Shown: positions 40,335 to 54,725 of the stretch, one piece after another
Position numbering within the stretch: the first letter of the stretch is position 1
Layout of the letters: the number at the start of each line of letters is the position of its first letter
Assembly: GCA_951406725.2 (NCBI GenBank)
Contig: OX597819.1
Span: 25,068,001-25,192,000 of the forward strand
DNA from: Octopus vulgaris
Lineage: Eukaryota
Length of the DNA: 124,000 nt
Reading direction: 5' to 3'
The notes under the pieces: generated by a model
The model's input: only the letters and a program-made list of their open reading frames with translations
The model's database searches: none
Told to the model about the DNA's origin: nothing
Made by a program: the position numbers and the translations under genes

Positions 40335-42821
40335 TATGTAATAAATAGAGATTAACTTTACTGAATGAAACAATATTTTGATAGCATCTCTATCTTCTTG
40401 AGGTTCAAAATGAAAAAATATGCAGGATTACATAGATTCAAAATTTGAACTAGAATATATTGTATATCTTTCTAGACAAAATGACATCATCAGTTTTTGC
40501 TTGTTCATAACTGGTAACAAGGAAACGAGAAAAAAAAAAAAGAAAGAGAAAGAAAAAAAAAACAGGAAAGAGAACACTTGGTGAAAAGTTTTGCATAAAT
40601 ATGCAGGAATTCTCCTGCCTCTTTGTTCATTCCTCCAGGGTGTGATGTCAGTAATATACAAATATATTTACCCTCATGTGTTCTGAGGACAGAAATTGCA
40701 GTGGAGCCAGAATTTTTTCTGAGAATGTGTAATTTCAGGTGATACTCAAATTTACAGCTGCTTCGTGTAAAATGTTTGGCACATTCTTCATGTTACTGTT
40801 ATTGAGCCTGACATCATCATACCTTGCCAACTGAATTTTTATTTAATTTTTCTATTGTGCAACCAGCATCAATTGAATCATGTTTGGTGCATTCTTACAG
40901 GTCCCACCTTCTGTATTAATCATAACATTTCTGTTATAATTTGTGCTAAAGTTGACTTGATTCATGTTGTTGCACAATTAACAGGACTTAGCTCCCTCGT
41001 GGCTGTTTTTAGGGATACAGCATTCAGAAACTTCAAGTTTTTATTGTAATTAGATGTACTGGTTAATAGTTCTCATATTTTTATCGAGTCTAAAGGCTAC
41101 AATATACAAATGAGAAAATATTTGTTTGCAATGAGGATATTTTTCTGCAATATGTTGGTAACTGTCATACAACACTAGCAAAATTTTGGCACCAGTTAAT
41201 CACTAAAGACATTAAGTCATAAATTTTACTTTGACTGTTAAAATTAGGATTTTGAAATTTTGATTTTCATTGGTAATTTTGGCCATGTAGTTGTGATTTT
41301 TAAAAATTGCAATTCACTATAACTGCATTTAAGATAACAGCACAAAAGTATTTACATATCTTCAATAATCCCCTGTGTCAATTACAAATCCATTTTATCT
41401 TAAAAAACTGAGACTTTTGATTTAGTGTAATTGTATGATACAGATGATCAGAGTAACACTGAAGATAACTGTAGGATGGTCTAGGTTTCCAGAATAACTC
41501 TGTCAGTATGTAACCTTCTGAAAACTTAACATTTGTGTCCAAAAATTCGACACTAATTTAAAAAAAAAAACTTGATGAGAATTTTATGTTGGATAAGCTG
41601 TCACAGAAATGCAAAACCTAAACTAAACTATCCTGCATTTCTTCCCAGGCATAAAAAGATGTCACCAGTGAACCATAACTAGAGTATCAGTTCATGGCAA
41701 TGTCGTGATTTGAATGTCTTCATTAACTGTGTCTCAGATTTTGTCATGAAGATGTTAGTGAAACTAACTGCCATGGCACATCCCTTTGGTGGTAAAATTT
41801 CAGGCAAACTTCATTATGTTACTTTGTAACACAAACTTCAGTAATTTACAAAGAAAATTTGATAGAATACTTTTGTTTTGACCATTTTTCAAAAGAATTC
41901 ATGTATGCTTCCACCCCCTCATAAATGTTGGAGTATAGAGAATAAACATCCATGGTTGCCAAAAAACAGTTTTCAGTACTATTTTGATGCTTAGGAAAAT
42001 TGTTAATTTATTTATCACATGGTACACACTCTTCTTATTGTAGTTTTACCTTCTTGAAGAGTTATATCAATGTTCATAAATTATCAAAGTTAAGTGTAAG
42101 TATATTGATATTAATAGTGGGTGTTGGTGGTGGTAGTGTAAATAAATAAAGGAACAGTGTTATGAATAATCAGTGGGTAAGGGTGAAGTTAAATAGACAT
42201 AGGTGTAGCAATATTAATGTTGAGAAAATAGTGTTAAAAATAAAGGTTTAGTGAATGGAGTTTGAAAGGTATAGATGGCATTTGAGAAAATGTTTTTTTT
42301 TTTTTTTTTGCTAAAATCATAATTGATGCTTTACTAAAACATTTGCTAAAATTATAATAGATTGTTGAAACTCATTATTTTCCCCACTGAAATTCACTTG
42401 ATATGACTGTCTGATGTTTTGCTCAACAGTTTTTGCTCTTCCTTTTCCTAAATATGCATCTCTCCATAACTTTCTCCATCTACATTTGGAACAGTTCAAA
42501 CTGAATGTTTCACATAATCTCATTCACTTAGTCCCATTTTCAAATTTTAAAAAGCTTTATAATATTCTGTGCACTATGGCATCTCCATTGACTTATTAAT
42601 GAAAACAACATTAATGTCAGCAACAAAAAGATCCTTTAGCTACTCAAAGATAGAATTAATGATATGAAGCAGAGAACTGAAAACAAAAGACCTAGTTGCA
42701 GTTACAGAAAATGAGTTGAGTATAACTCATTGGTAGGCACCAAGGACTTGAGAGTCAGAATGTCAGCCCTCTGGAATTGTCTCTCAGCTTATGTCACACA
42801 CACATTAATGGCATCATGCTA

Positions 42822-43207
42822 GTGGAGGCGCAATGGCCCAGTGGTTAGGGCAGCGGACTCGCAGTCATAGGATCGCGGTTTCGATCCCCAGACTGTGCGT
42901 TGTGAGTGTTTATTGAGCGAAAACACCTAAAGCTCCACGAGGCTCTGGCAGGGATGGTGGTGATCCCTGCTGTACTCTTTCACCACAACTTTCTCTCACT
43001 CTTACTTCCTGTTTCTGTTGTACCTGTATTTCAAAGGGCCGGGCTTGTCACTCTCTGTGTCACGCTGAATATCCCCGAGAACTACGTTAAAGGTACACGT
43101 GTCTGTGGAGTGTTCAGCCACTTACACATTAATTTCATGAGCAGGCTGTTCCGTTGATCGGATCAACCGGAAACCTCGTCGTCGTAACCGACGGAGTGCT
43201 TCCATCC
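42822..43207 (+). mobile_element. SINE family D
   Basis: Family match. Confidence 0.85.
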
Positions 43208-44926
43208 ATTAGACTTTAACACTAAAGTGAATGCTAGCTTACTTGACGTTATCAGACAAAAAATGTGCTTGTATACACTTTGCTATTAAGTTATCATGCA
43301 GTTGGCATCTCTGAGCATTTTTCTGTTGTCACTGGCATAATACTCTTATAGTGAAATTTCTTAGTAAAAACATTAAATATGCTAAATAGAAATAAATAAG
43401 AGGTGAAAAACATGAAAATATATTTGGTTAATGATTAATATTATTTATAATTTTAGGGTAAGTATGGGAGTTAACTCTGGGCAAGCTTTTGTTGTATTCT
43501 GATCTCTTCGGCAAAGCACATCTCACATTGTACTTGCTGAAGCAGGAATTAAAGTGCTGAATATATACATTGTAATGTTGCTGACAGTAACAGGTCATTA
43601 TGTTGATGATGATGATGTTGATGTTGATAGTTGCATTTAATACTGGGCGAATTATTTAAGGGATAGTACATGTGGATAGGATAAATTGTGATATGGATAA
43701 AATTAAAGATTTGGAGTGTATGCATTAATTGTTTATTTAAACTATGTTGGTGTGAAGGGGACACGCACACACACAAAAATGTGTGTGTGTGTGTGCATTT
43801 GTAGACTTGTATAGAGACACACCTGGGTAAATATTATATGCATCAGCTCATTAAACTGTTTTCCTTTTATGTCCGTGTGCTTAAGAACACTTTGATCTGA
43901 TTAAGTATGCTTTGATCTCTTTCTCTCCTCTCTTCCTCTCTTTTCCTTTTTGCAGTCCTTTCTCCTTTGAGTGTATGTGAATGTTTTCTAACCATTTTCC
44001 TATGGTAGCATGTTTGGTAGCTGTAAACCCTCTATTTAAATGTTAGAAAAGCAGAAAGTGGAAAAGAAGTAATATTAGTTTATTTTGTAAGGTTAGGAAG
44101 GGCATCCAGCCATAACTCTGCCAAAACAGATAGTGAAACCTGGTGCATTCTTCTGCCTGGCTAGCCCCTGTCAACTTATCTAACCCCTGCCAGCATGGAA
44201 AACGGATGTTAAATGATAGTGATAATATATAAAACAATCATTACTGCAAAATTTCCATGGAGAAATGGGCTTAAAATGGACAAATGATAGTTCTATAATT
44301 AAGAACGATCTGTCCAGATAGTGTCAGATCTGGCAAGGTTACTGTCCGTGCCAAAAATGAGGGAGCCAAAAGCAAAAGTTGACTGCCAGTGTTGAGTGTA
44401 CAATAACTCTTACGTTATCAACAACAACCACCTCTTATGAAAACGGAAGAGAATGTCAAAGAAGAACAAGTGTTGAATTCCTCCTGTTGTCAACTTTGTC
44501 CTTTTTTTATTTCTAAGGTTGATAAAAATAAATAAATGCCAGAAAAATGTTGTAATTGGATGATAGTGATACAATGCTGTGATTTTATTCATTGTTATTT
44601 TTTTTTTTTTTACACTAGATCTCCAGTTCGAGGACAACTGAACCGAGTGTATGGTTCTGAAGTGAGCTTTTGAGTTCGCAGCATTATAAACATAACCATA
44701 TTTTGTTTTACTGTAAAAGTATTTTCAAGTTCTTCCCAAAGATACTTAGTAGCTAACTGACTTCAGAACAACTATTTTGATTATTATGTCATTTTAGTTA
44801 TTTATTTGTTGTTGTTGTTTAATATTATTTACCTATGCTTCTTTATGATATAAACATCTTTATGATGTTTGCTTTTTCTCATCAAAAGTTTAAAAACAAT
44901 CTCATGCACTTTATTTGATATATCAA

Positions 44927-44975
<49 letters not shown>

Positions 44976-45124
44976 TGAGGTGGAGTGCACTTATTATAAG
45001 AAACAGATATTGGTTATCTTCACATCCATTTAATTATCAGTTCCTTTTGCAATAATAAATGTAGTTTATTGAATAAACCTTAAACAAAAAAACAAATGCT
45101 TTAGCACTGTGCTTGTGTGTGTGC

Positions 45125-45177
<53 letters not shown>

Positions 45178-45427
45178 GGACAGTCTGGAGGGAAATGGAG
45201 GCAGTCTGCATAAAATATTAAAAAGTTGGTGAGTTTGGATAAATTTGTGTCATAGGAAGAAGTGGAATTCTGGCATGTCTGGCTTGAACCCTTTGTCTGA
45301 ACTTTAATCTATATACATCAATCAAATATACACATGCATATAATATGTATGTTTATGTAAGTGTGTGTGTGTGTGTGTGTGTATGAATAAGATAGCTATA
45401 TAAATAGTCTGATGATATATATTATAT

Positions 45428-45458
<31 letters not shown>

Positions 45459-45671
45459 CATATGTTTGAAAAAGAGAAGCATGTGCACACATACACACAT
45501 TCTCTCTGTCTCTCTATTGGAACTGAAACAAGATTAGATATGCATCAATGTTGAATAATGTGTCTTGTTTCCTTTCTTCAATCCATGTATGTTGTACAAA
45601 CAATATACAAAGTGGCTAAATGTCTGGACATCAGCTGCTTTCTTGGGTCTTATATAGCATTTTTCTTATTT

Positions 45672-46092
45672 TACTCTTTACTCTTTTATTCTTTTACTTG
45701 TTTCAGTCATTTGACTGCAGCCATGCTGGAGCACTGCCTTTTAATCGAGCAACTCGACCCCGGGACTTATTCTTTTTGTAAGCCCAGTACTTATTCTATC
45801 GGTCTCTTTTTGCCGAACCGCTAAGTGACGGGGACGTAAACACACCAGCATTGGTTGTCAAGCAATGCTAGGGGAACAAACACAGACACACAAAGACACA
45901 CACACACGCATATATATATACATATATATGACAAGCTTCTTTCAGTTTCCGTCTACCAAATCCACTCACAAGGCATTGGTCAGCCCGGGGCTATAGCAGA
46001 AGACACTTGCCCAAGATGCCACGCGGTGGGACTGAACCCGGAATCATGTGGTTGGTTAGCAAGCTACTTGCCACACAGCCACTCCTGCGCCT
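45672..46092 (-). mobile_element. SINE family A
   Basis: Family match. Confidence 0.85.
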
Positions 46093-46628
46093 ATTTCTTT
46101 TCAATTTTACTATTGTTATGCAATCTAAGATATAACTAAGCCCAACTTTTTAAACTCGAGTGTCACACAGAAAATATCTAGAGATAGAGAAATAAGAAAA
46201 ATATGACATAGAAACGATGATGATATTGATGATGATGATAATGATGATGATGATAAATCAGTGATAATAAGGAGAAAGCAAAAAGTAAAAATAATAAGTT
46301 AATAAATAAAGGAATGCTGCAGTGATGCATGTGTTCATGCAAGCATGTGTTGTTATGTGACAGTGAGAGAAAAGAGATAGCGATAAAGACTGTAGCTTCC
46401 ATTAAAAGCTTAGTCCAGAGTATTGATGCTGATGTGAGACTCTGGCATTTTTGCTTACAAAACTTTTCCAAATTCTCTATTGAAGGAATTCTTATATTCT
46501 TCTTTTTCTGTCGTTTGTTTCCGTTCCGTTCCGTACAAAGTTCTTGTAGTATTTTGCCATTGTTTAACCATATTCTATATATCAATCAATCTGTGAAACT
46601 AGTATCTCTTTTGACACAGCAGAGTAGA

Positions 46629-46671
<43 letters not shown>

Positions 46672-46999
46672 CTTAACCTTCCCCCAACAATTACAGCAGC
46701 ATCTAACGTTCATTTGGTGCTTTCTGTTGCCCTGCTTTTGCACACGTATTGACTGCAATCTTTGTCATTTCTGACAGAATTCAATCCAGTCATGGATGGC
46801 AAGCAATACACTGTATAAGTGCTTACAGTGAACATTCTTGACAACCACTTTAGCCCCACTAGATTGCTGTGTGTGTGTGTGTGTGTGTGTTAGCCAGTGG
46901 ACTAACATTTTATCATAATGCTACTAACATGTTTCACAATGGCAGGAAGAGTCAAGAACAGGAAATAAAAGATAAAAGATTTTCTTTCAGTTTCTCATT

Positions 47000-47251
47000 T
47001 CCTTTCTTTTGCTTTCTCTTTCATTTTCCATCTCTAGATTTTACTCCTTCACTTGCCATTTCTTTCTCCGTTTCTATATTTTCCTTTCCTTTTTCAGTTC
47101 TTTGTTATCTCTCTCCCTCCTTCTTCTCTCTCTCATTCACTTTCTGTTTGTCTCTGTCTCTCTGCTGTCTGTCTCTCTGCTGTCTGTCTCTGTCTCTCTG
47201 TTTGTTTCTCTGTCTGTTTGTCTCTCTCCCTCTCTCTCTCTCATTCACTCA

Positions 47252-47285
<34 letters not shown>

Positions 47286-47317
47286 CTCTCTCTCTCTCTC
47301 TCCCCCACACACACACA

Positions 47318-47410
<93 letters not shown>

Positions 47411-47485
47411 TTTCTCTCTCTCTCTCTCACACACACATTCTCTCTCTCTCTCTCTCACACACACTTTCTCTCTCTCTCACACACA

Positions 47486-47554
<69 letters not shown>

Positions 47555-47566
47555 ACACACACACAC
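47000..47566. repeat. Compound (CT)n/(CA)n array
   Basis: Seen directly. Confidence 0.9.
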
Positions 47567-48269
47567 TGTTGTTTAACCCCATTTCAGTCCTGATTGACTG
47601 AATTTATTATGAATGATGATTTATTATGAATGATGATTCTACAATGGTCATCTCATCTTTTTTAATATTTTTTCAGCTATAGATAATGATGACATTATCC
47701 TGTCTTATGCTTTTTATTTCCCTAAAATGAGAGGATAGGATTTAAAGGAAATTTAGCTATAATTCTAGCTGGCCAAATGGTTACTTAATGGGTTTCCTTC
47801 TCTGCCTCATTTAGGGAGCAAGATGTGTCTTCTACAGAAGGGAAGATTTTGGTGAACCAACTCTAGCATGTGGCTTTCCTACCAAGCTTTAACAGCTTCA
47901 TTTATACCACTTTAAACATTTGCAAAACATTTAAACATTTTGGAAAAAGAAAAAAAAAAAAAGGAAAAGAAATGCACAAAAAATATCTATGTCCCTATTT
48001 TCTATTTCTTACTACAGACATGTCTCTGTTAGATGCATTTATCAAGGCAGAGAAACTGAGTGCAAGAAAATGGTATACCATATTAGATATGCTGTGTATC
48101 TATACTGGTGTCTCTTGTGTTTCTGTAATCAAACCTCACTACTCTTAACTTCCCTATTCATCTCTCTGGGAGTTGATAACTATTAATAATTTACTGTGGT
48201 GAATTTAATCAACTGTGAACATCTCACAGCATTTTCTGGGAGACCAAAATTTTAAGAGTTGTGGCAACA

Positions 48270-48567
48270 TCTTTATATATAAAAGTGAAGTTGTGTGTCT
48301 GTCTCCTACGATTTAGATTCCTAACTACTCCCACATTTTGCGGTGCAGTTTAACCAAAACCGGGTATCTTATAGTCGTGATTCATATCGAGCCCTTCTGG
48401 GTATTAGCGCACGTCTACGATGAGTCAACAATTTAAAAAAAAATTTACCATAATTTTTTTTCCATTTTTAATGCATTTTTTTTGCTATGTTTTGGCTATA
48501 ACTCTCTAAAAATGCTTATATAGTTATTTCCCTTACAAACCCGAGCAACGCCAGGCGATACTGCTAG
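48270..48567 (+). mobile_element. Non-autonomous Helitron, type 1 (shortest copy)
   Basis: A|TC 5' end, subterminal hairpin, CTAG|T 3' end. Confidence 0.87.
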
Positions 48568-49801
48568 TATTATATAAAGGTGACTGCGTATTTTACAGTA
48601 CCCAAAACTTGGTGCTGTGTAAATCTCCACTTTATGTGTATATCTTCGCTACATGGTTTATGTTGTCTTTCATCCTTTAAAAATAAATAACAATAAATGC
48701 AAGCTGCAGGCAAAGTAATTGAAATAGTTAGTAAGCAAGACATGAATGAGTCAAAAACATCGTTTCCATGGTAGTAGATTTAATGCATTGCCCACTTTAT
48801 GACTAACACCTGGCACCCTGGGAGCTTTCAGCAGATTCTGCTCTCTTGCACAAATTTAGACCAGGTTTCTAGTTTCAGAATTGAGAATACCGCCCACCCT
48901 CCTTCATACTTGTGAAGGGTCATTGCTACTATGTACCTTCTCGAGTCCTAAGTATTCATTTATTTATGTATTTGTATGTACATAAGAGTTGTTGTTATTT
49001 AGCCCTAGGACAACCATGCTCAAGCCAACATATGAGAAAAGTAAGGTTGTGACACAGTCTCATCTTACTTACCCCCTAAATGATTTTTACATTTATTTGT
49101 TTATGTTAAAGTTCTGTTGTTTACAAAAGACTAAAGTCTATAGCTTGTTTGGGCCCCATATATTTATGGTTTCTTATACAGTATGTGACATAAGATCACA
49201 CTGGAATTTTAGTAACTGGATTTAGAGGTATGTTTTTGTTTTATATATTTATTTTTCAATTAACCTGTTTTTAAAATTCCATAGATTTGTTGATAAAATA
49301 TTTATATACATGGATAAGCATGAACATGCAGACACACATGTAGACACATACATATAGATAGACTCATCTGTGTAAGCACATAAGTGTCATACAAATAGCA
49401 TCCAGATACCAAAAGTAGAGTAAAGTACAGAATTGTATTGAAGGTAAAAATTTTCTCAAACTGTTATCTTGATGAACAGTTACATGAAACTCAGAGTAAC
49501 AGTTTGTGAAATATTTTTGCTTGTGGTGTTTTATGTCAGTTCTAAGTAATACAAATAACTCAAACAATCCAGTGAATCTTATATCATGAGGTATAAGAGA
49601 AGTGTAACGTTTTGGATAGAATCTTTCTGTCAGACAGGAGAGAAATGTCAACAGGAATTAGTGAGAGAGAGAGAGAAAAAGGAGTAGTAACAATTGTTAG
49701 TAAAGAAGGGGGAAATGGTTTCAGTTGAATTACAGTATAAAGCTACATAAGTGACTTAAGGACTGTTAGTTTCATGCATAGCAATTATCAAAAAATTAAT
49801 A

Positions 49802-50170
49802 GCATCATCATCATCATTGTTCGACCGTGGTCGAGACAATGGAATTTACCATGCTACGCCAGACTTCACGGTCCATCATGGCATTACGGAGGTCCTGTTG
49901 CTGGATGCCTGTATCCCTGGAGATTACATCAGGGTAGGAAAGTGTGCGCCCTCTGGTATTGCGAGTAGATGGCTTCCAGAGGAGAAGAGTAGAAATTACC
50001 TCTTTTTCAGCTCTACAACAATGTCCAGCAAACTGGACTCTCTTACCTTTCACAAGAGATGACACAAGTGGTAGTTTCCAATATATTTGCATTTTGGTTG
50101 GATGGCGCTTCCACAAGAGATTTTGAGCTCTCATAAGGAGGCGAGTGTAGGTTCCATCCAACCGCCTCTC
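49802..50170 (-). pseudogene. 5'-truncated RTE/RTEX-like LINE 3' end
   Basis: LDGTYTRLLMRAQNLLWKRHPTKMQIY..LP..S....RVQFAGHCCR..EVISTLLLW...DREVWR*, then (TGA)n tail. Confidence 0.75.
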
Positions 50171-50430
50171 AAGCTTCTTTACTTCTGTTACTTCACACAC
50201 AGGCATGCACACACACACACACACATGCACACCCGCATGCATGCACACATGCATACACAGTGCAAGTATGGCTGTGTGGTTATGAAATTTGCTTCACCAC
50301 AACGTATTTCAGGTTCAATCTCATTGCCTGATGCATTAGGCAAAGCATTTTGCATACCTTGTACTACAGTTTGGGGCTGACCAATTTCTTATGAGTAAAA
50401 TTGACAGATGGAAACTGAGAAGCCTGTTAC

Positions 50431-50470
<40 letters not shown>

Positions 50471-51123
50471 CTGTAGTGTAAAATATGGATCCAGAGTCAT
50501 GTGGCTATGACAGTACACTCCTCACCCAGATTCAGCCATCAATCTATGTTGTAACCAATGTGATATTTTCCATGCTGAAATTGATTATTCATAAAGAAGG
50601 TTACAAAACAGCTGTAATCATATAGAAGTCTATGGATAAAGAAATCTATCTTCACTTCTCACACCTCCTGACATTATATATATCATATATATATATATAT
50701 ATATTCTATACCAGTGATATGTAAAAGCACCCATGCCAGTGATACATAAAAGGCACCTACTACACTCTGAGTGGCTGGCATTAGGAAGGGCATCCAGCTG
50801 TAGAAACCAATTCAAATTCAGACTGGGATCTCTTGCAGCTCTCCAGTTTACCAGTTCCAGTCAAACCATCTAACCCATGCCAGCATGGAATGTGGACATT
50901 AAATGATGATGATAATGATTGTGTGTGTGTGTGTGTGTATGTGTGTGTGCATGTGAGAAAAACATTTCACTTAATCAGAGTGTTAACTTAGTGCTGAAAT
51001 CTGATGAAGATGGGTAAGCGAGACAACTCTAAAGTCTCTAGCAAGATAAAATATTGAAGTGAGAAAAAAGTGAGAAAAACATAGTATGTATGTATAGATG
51101 TATGTGTGAATGTATATACCTGT

Positions 51124-51508
51124 GTGGAGACACAATGGCCCAGTGGTAGGGCAGCGGACTCGCGGTCGTAGGATCGCGGTTTCGATTCCCAGACCGGGCG
51201 TTGTGAGTGTTTATTGAGCGAAAACACCTAAAGCTCCACGAGGCTCTGGAAGGGATGGTGGTGATCCCTGCTGTACTCTTTCACCACAACTTTCTCTCAC
51301 TCTTACTTCCTGTTTCTGTTGTACCTATATTTCAAAGGGCCAGCCTTGTCACTCTCTGTGTCATGCTGAATATCCCCGAGAACTACGTTAAGGGTGCACG
51401 TGTCTGTGGAGTGCTCAGCCACTTACACGTTAATTTCATGAGCAGGCTGTTCCATTGATCGGATCAACTGGAACCCTCGTCGTCATAACCGACGGAGTGC
51501 TTCCATCC
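51124..51508 (+). mobile_element. SINE family D with 10-bp TSD ATATACCTGT
   Basis: TSD at 51114-23 and 51509-18. Confidence 0.88.
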
Positions 51509-53859
51509 ATATACCTGTATATTTCACATTCATATACATACACCATATTATACATCATATACATCATATACCTGAGTATGAAGTTGTACACATCTGTGTT
51601 TGTACGTGTATAGAATAGTATAAATAGAATAGTGTAAATGTTTTGTTGATCATATGACTGGCTAGTATTTTTCAGTAATCATAAATATTGTAAAATGGAA
51701 GGAAACAGATCAACAAAAGATACCTGAAAAGATGTCACTGATTTTTAACCTCTCTGTATGTTGCCATAACTGATAAAGGACCTCATACAACAAAACATCG
51801 CTGTTCTACAAACAAAGTTCTAAGTTGTTCTTGATATGCACAGATAACAATCAGCCTGACTGTCGCACGTACACACACACACACACGTGTGTGCATGTCA
51901 ACACACACACACACAATGTGTAAAGAAAAATGAATGTGAAAGTGTTTCTTGCTCAGAATGAAACCACTCATCTCTTTGAGTCTTTTTACCACCAGCATTC
52001 ATCCCAATACATATGAACGGGTTGGCAATAGGTGGGCTGGCTATAGCCCACAAATGGGCATCAGATCTTTCTTAAGACTTTTTCTATTTCACTGTCTTTG
52101 CAGGGCTTTGCACAGTAGATGTTTTTAAGATAACTTTTTCTGTCATGATTTTTTAAATTTTTGCTTATAGAAGCAATTCCAGCCACAGAAAATGAGGAGA
52201 TAGACTAAGATATTTTCATATGTATGAAATGAGATAATATTTATGGGGCTTATGAGCAATTATAAAATGAGTGAAATAGGGCTTTTACAAAAAAGAAGTG
52301 TTACTGATCCCTGCTTATAGAATTATACAGATCTCTGAACATGTAGGATTATACAAATGCGATTCATTCCACAGCTAACCTATACATGTTTTACTTTGGT
52401 ACGATGAATGTTTTTACTATTCCAGTGTTTTACAGAGAATATGCTTGTACATACATACAGACATACACATATTTAGTTACATATCTATCATGTCTGAGAC
52501 AAAATATAGTGATGTCTACCTAATATTTTTCTTGATCAGTGTAATATATGTCATATCTGAAACGTAATATGGTGATGCTCATCTGATATTTTCTCTGGTT
52601 ACTACAGTATAAGTGGCCTGCCCTTTGGGATGGAAATGTGCAAGAGAATGGAGCACATTTTATATAAAATTATTGTATTTACTTATATTCATCTCAGTTT
52701 CCAGTTATGATTGCAGGCATGGCTATCTGATTTTAAGTTTAACCCCTTAGTATTTAAACCGGCCATATCTGGCCAAAATAGTTAATCTGTTTTATGTTCA
52801 AACTGACCAGATCCAGGCTCTCACACCTACCCTACAATGTTATTCTACATTAGGTAATTACACCATCAAGATCTTGAAGATATGAGATAATGCATGATTA
52901 ATTCAAATCAATGGGAATCAATAAGCATTATGTTTGATAGGATAATCTGAACACTAAAGGGTTAATCTCTTGGAAAAGTGTGCTATCTTAGCCTTGGGTT
53001 GACTACACCCTTGTCTTTTACTTAATTAATTGTCTTCTTTTACTTAATTAATTGTCTAACTTAAGAACTGCTACTCCGTCCTTAGGTATGTTTAGTGGAA
53101 TCCACCCTGTACCCAACTTTTGGGTCAGGTCTCTAGTTTTAGTGAGAGAATAACTTTCTCTTCTCTTCTCATTAAATCAAATAAACAATTAAAAATGAAA
53201 AAAATCAAATTTCTTGAAACTTAGCAATGGATTTCAAGAGCTGTTTAAAGAAATAGTATTGATCACACTAACCTTCCCTCCTTACACAATTTGGATTTGA
53301 GCCTGTTTAAATGAATTATGCATTGTCTATTTGTTCGTGTAAGCATTTCAACAGTTATTTCATTATTTAATACACATACATGCCATGTACTTACATGCAT
53401 ACATACCATTTAATCTGTTTGTATACACACTCACACATGCATACATGTGAGTGTTTATACAAGTGTTTTTTTTTTGGTAATATTTATAGAATATTTCATA
53501 AAAATGTAAATTAAAATGTAATTTCTCCTGTCAGAGGTTTCTGTTTATTAGTTTATTTCTTAAAATTTACATCCATTTTATCATCATTAGTATTTTTTGG
53601 CAATGCTTAGATAGTTTAGACTACGGGCTTTAGTTGGCATTATTGCTAATGGATACATATATTTGGCAACATGTACTCTCTGTGTGTGTGTGTGTGTGTG
53701 TGTGCTGTATTGTAAGGGAAAGAAGCAAAAGGCTCAAAGTTAGTTCAATACTTTTCACTTTTCGACACAACTGTATATTTTCTTTGTGTTTATTGACATT
53801 TTCCTCTAAAAATATAATCTATATATGTGTATATATGTATGTCGTTATTCAGTTTATTT

Positions 53860-54725
53860 CTAGATTTCTTGCCAATAGAGAAAGAAACGGTTTCTAACCT
53901 AGATCCAAGGTTCCTTCAATGGAATTTCAACATCAACAACAGGGTATTTTTCTGTGTGTGTGTGTGTGTGCATGCATTGATGCAGATTTGTATTATTTAT
54001 GTATGTATTCTCATGCAAGTAGTTACATATCTAGACTTACTCATATATATTTAAATGATAAAACTTCTGGAAAGTTTTACATATTTTTACAGTTCCAGTG
54101 ATGGATTGGATTTGTAGCCTTCGAATTAGCTTTCTCCTTTCTGGTTTTGAGAAGCCTAATTTCTCAAGATTGGAATTTAGGCAGTGTGTTACATATCCCA
54201 GGGTCCCATTAATTACAGGTATAAACCTGAACTTGTAATCTGGATAGAGTAACTGCAGATTTCTTAATAGTTCAGCATAGGTGTTCTCTTTTTCACTGTT
54301 CTACAGCTTTATGTTAACATCGTCTGGACAGCTAATTTCCACAACTGTGCACAGTTTCTCTTCCCTATCCCAAATCATTATATCAGGTCTGTTGTGCTTA
54401 CATTTTACTGAGGTCTTCACAGGTACATTCCACCAGCATTCCTTTTCATTGTGAGTGGCTGTGGCTTCTACCATATCGTAAGTTTTTATTTCTTTGTCCT
54501 TGTGATTATCCTTCCGATGGATTTCATTATAGAGTATCCTAGCTACAACATCATGTCTCATCGGTAGATAATACTGTGACGACATTTCCAGACAACTGCT
54601 TATGATGTGGATGATATCTTCGGTGTGAACTCCACAAAGTCTGCATCGGTTCTCTCATTTTATAGCTTTTCCCACATCTCTATCCCTTTTGTGTACCAGG
54701 TATTTGGTTGGTATTTCCTGTTTGA
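53860..54725 (-). pseudogene. RLE-type non-LTR retrotransposon remnant (R4/Dong/NeSL-like): CCHC knuckle, restriction-like endonuclease, 3' UTR
   Basis: QEIPTKYL...CRLCGVHTEDIIHIISSC...RHDVV...WWN...HNRPDIMIWD...VEISCP.D.NI...IPVINGTLG...GTVKICKTF, with in-frame stops. Confidence 0.8.

Noticed and set aside
42300-42800. Possible decayed CR1-like RT fragment (also a faint LINE-like stretch at ~10080-10560)
   Set aside because: Motif similarity is too weak to support without a profile search.
43956-43972. 17-nt candidate micro-exon in intron 1 (tttttgcag|...|gtatgt)
   Set aside because: It would frameshift; exon 1 and exon 2 join correctly without it.
46869-47601. Ser/Leu/His/Thr ORFs, and similar ORFs at 12024-12560, 57930-58553, 87569-87898
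   Set aside because: Simple-repeat artefacts.
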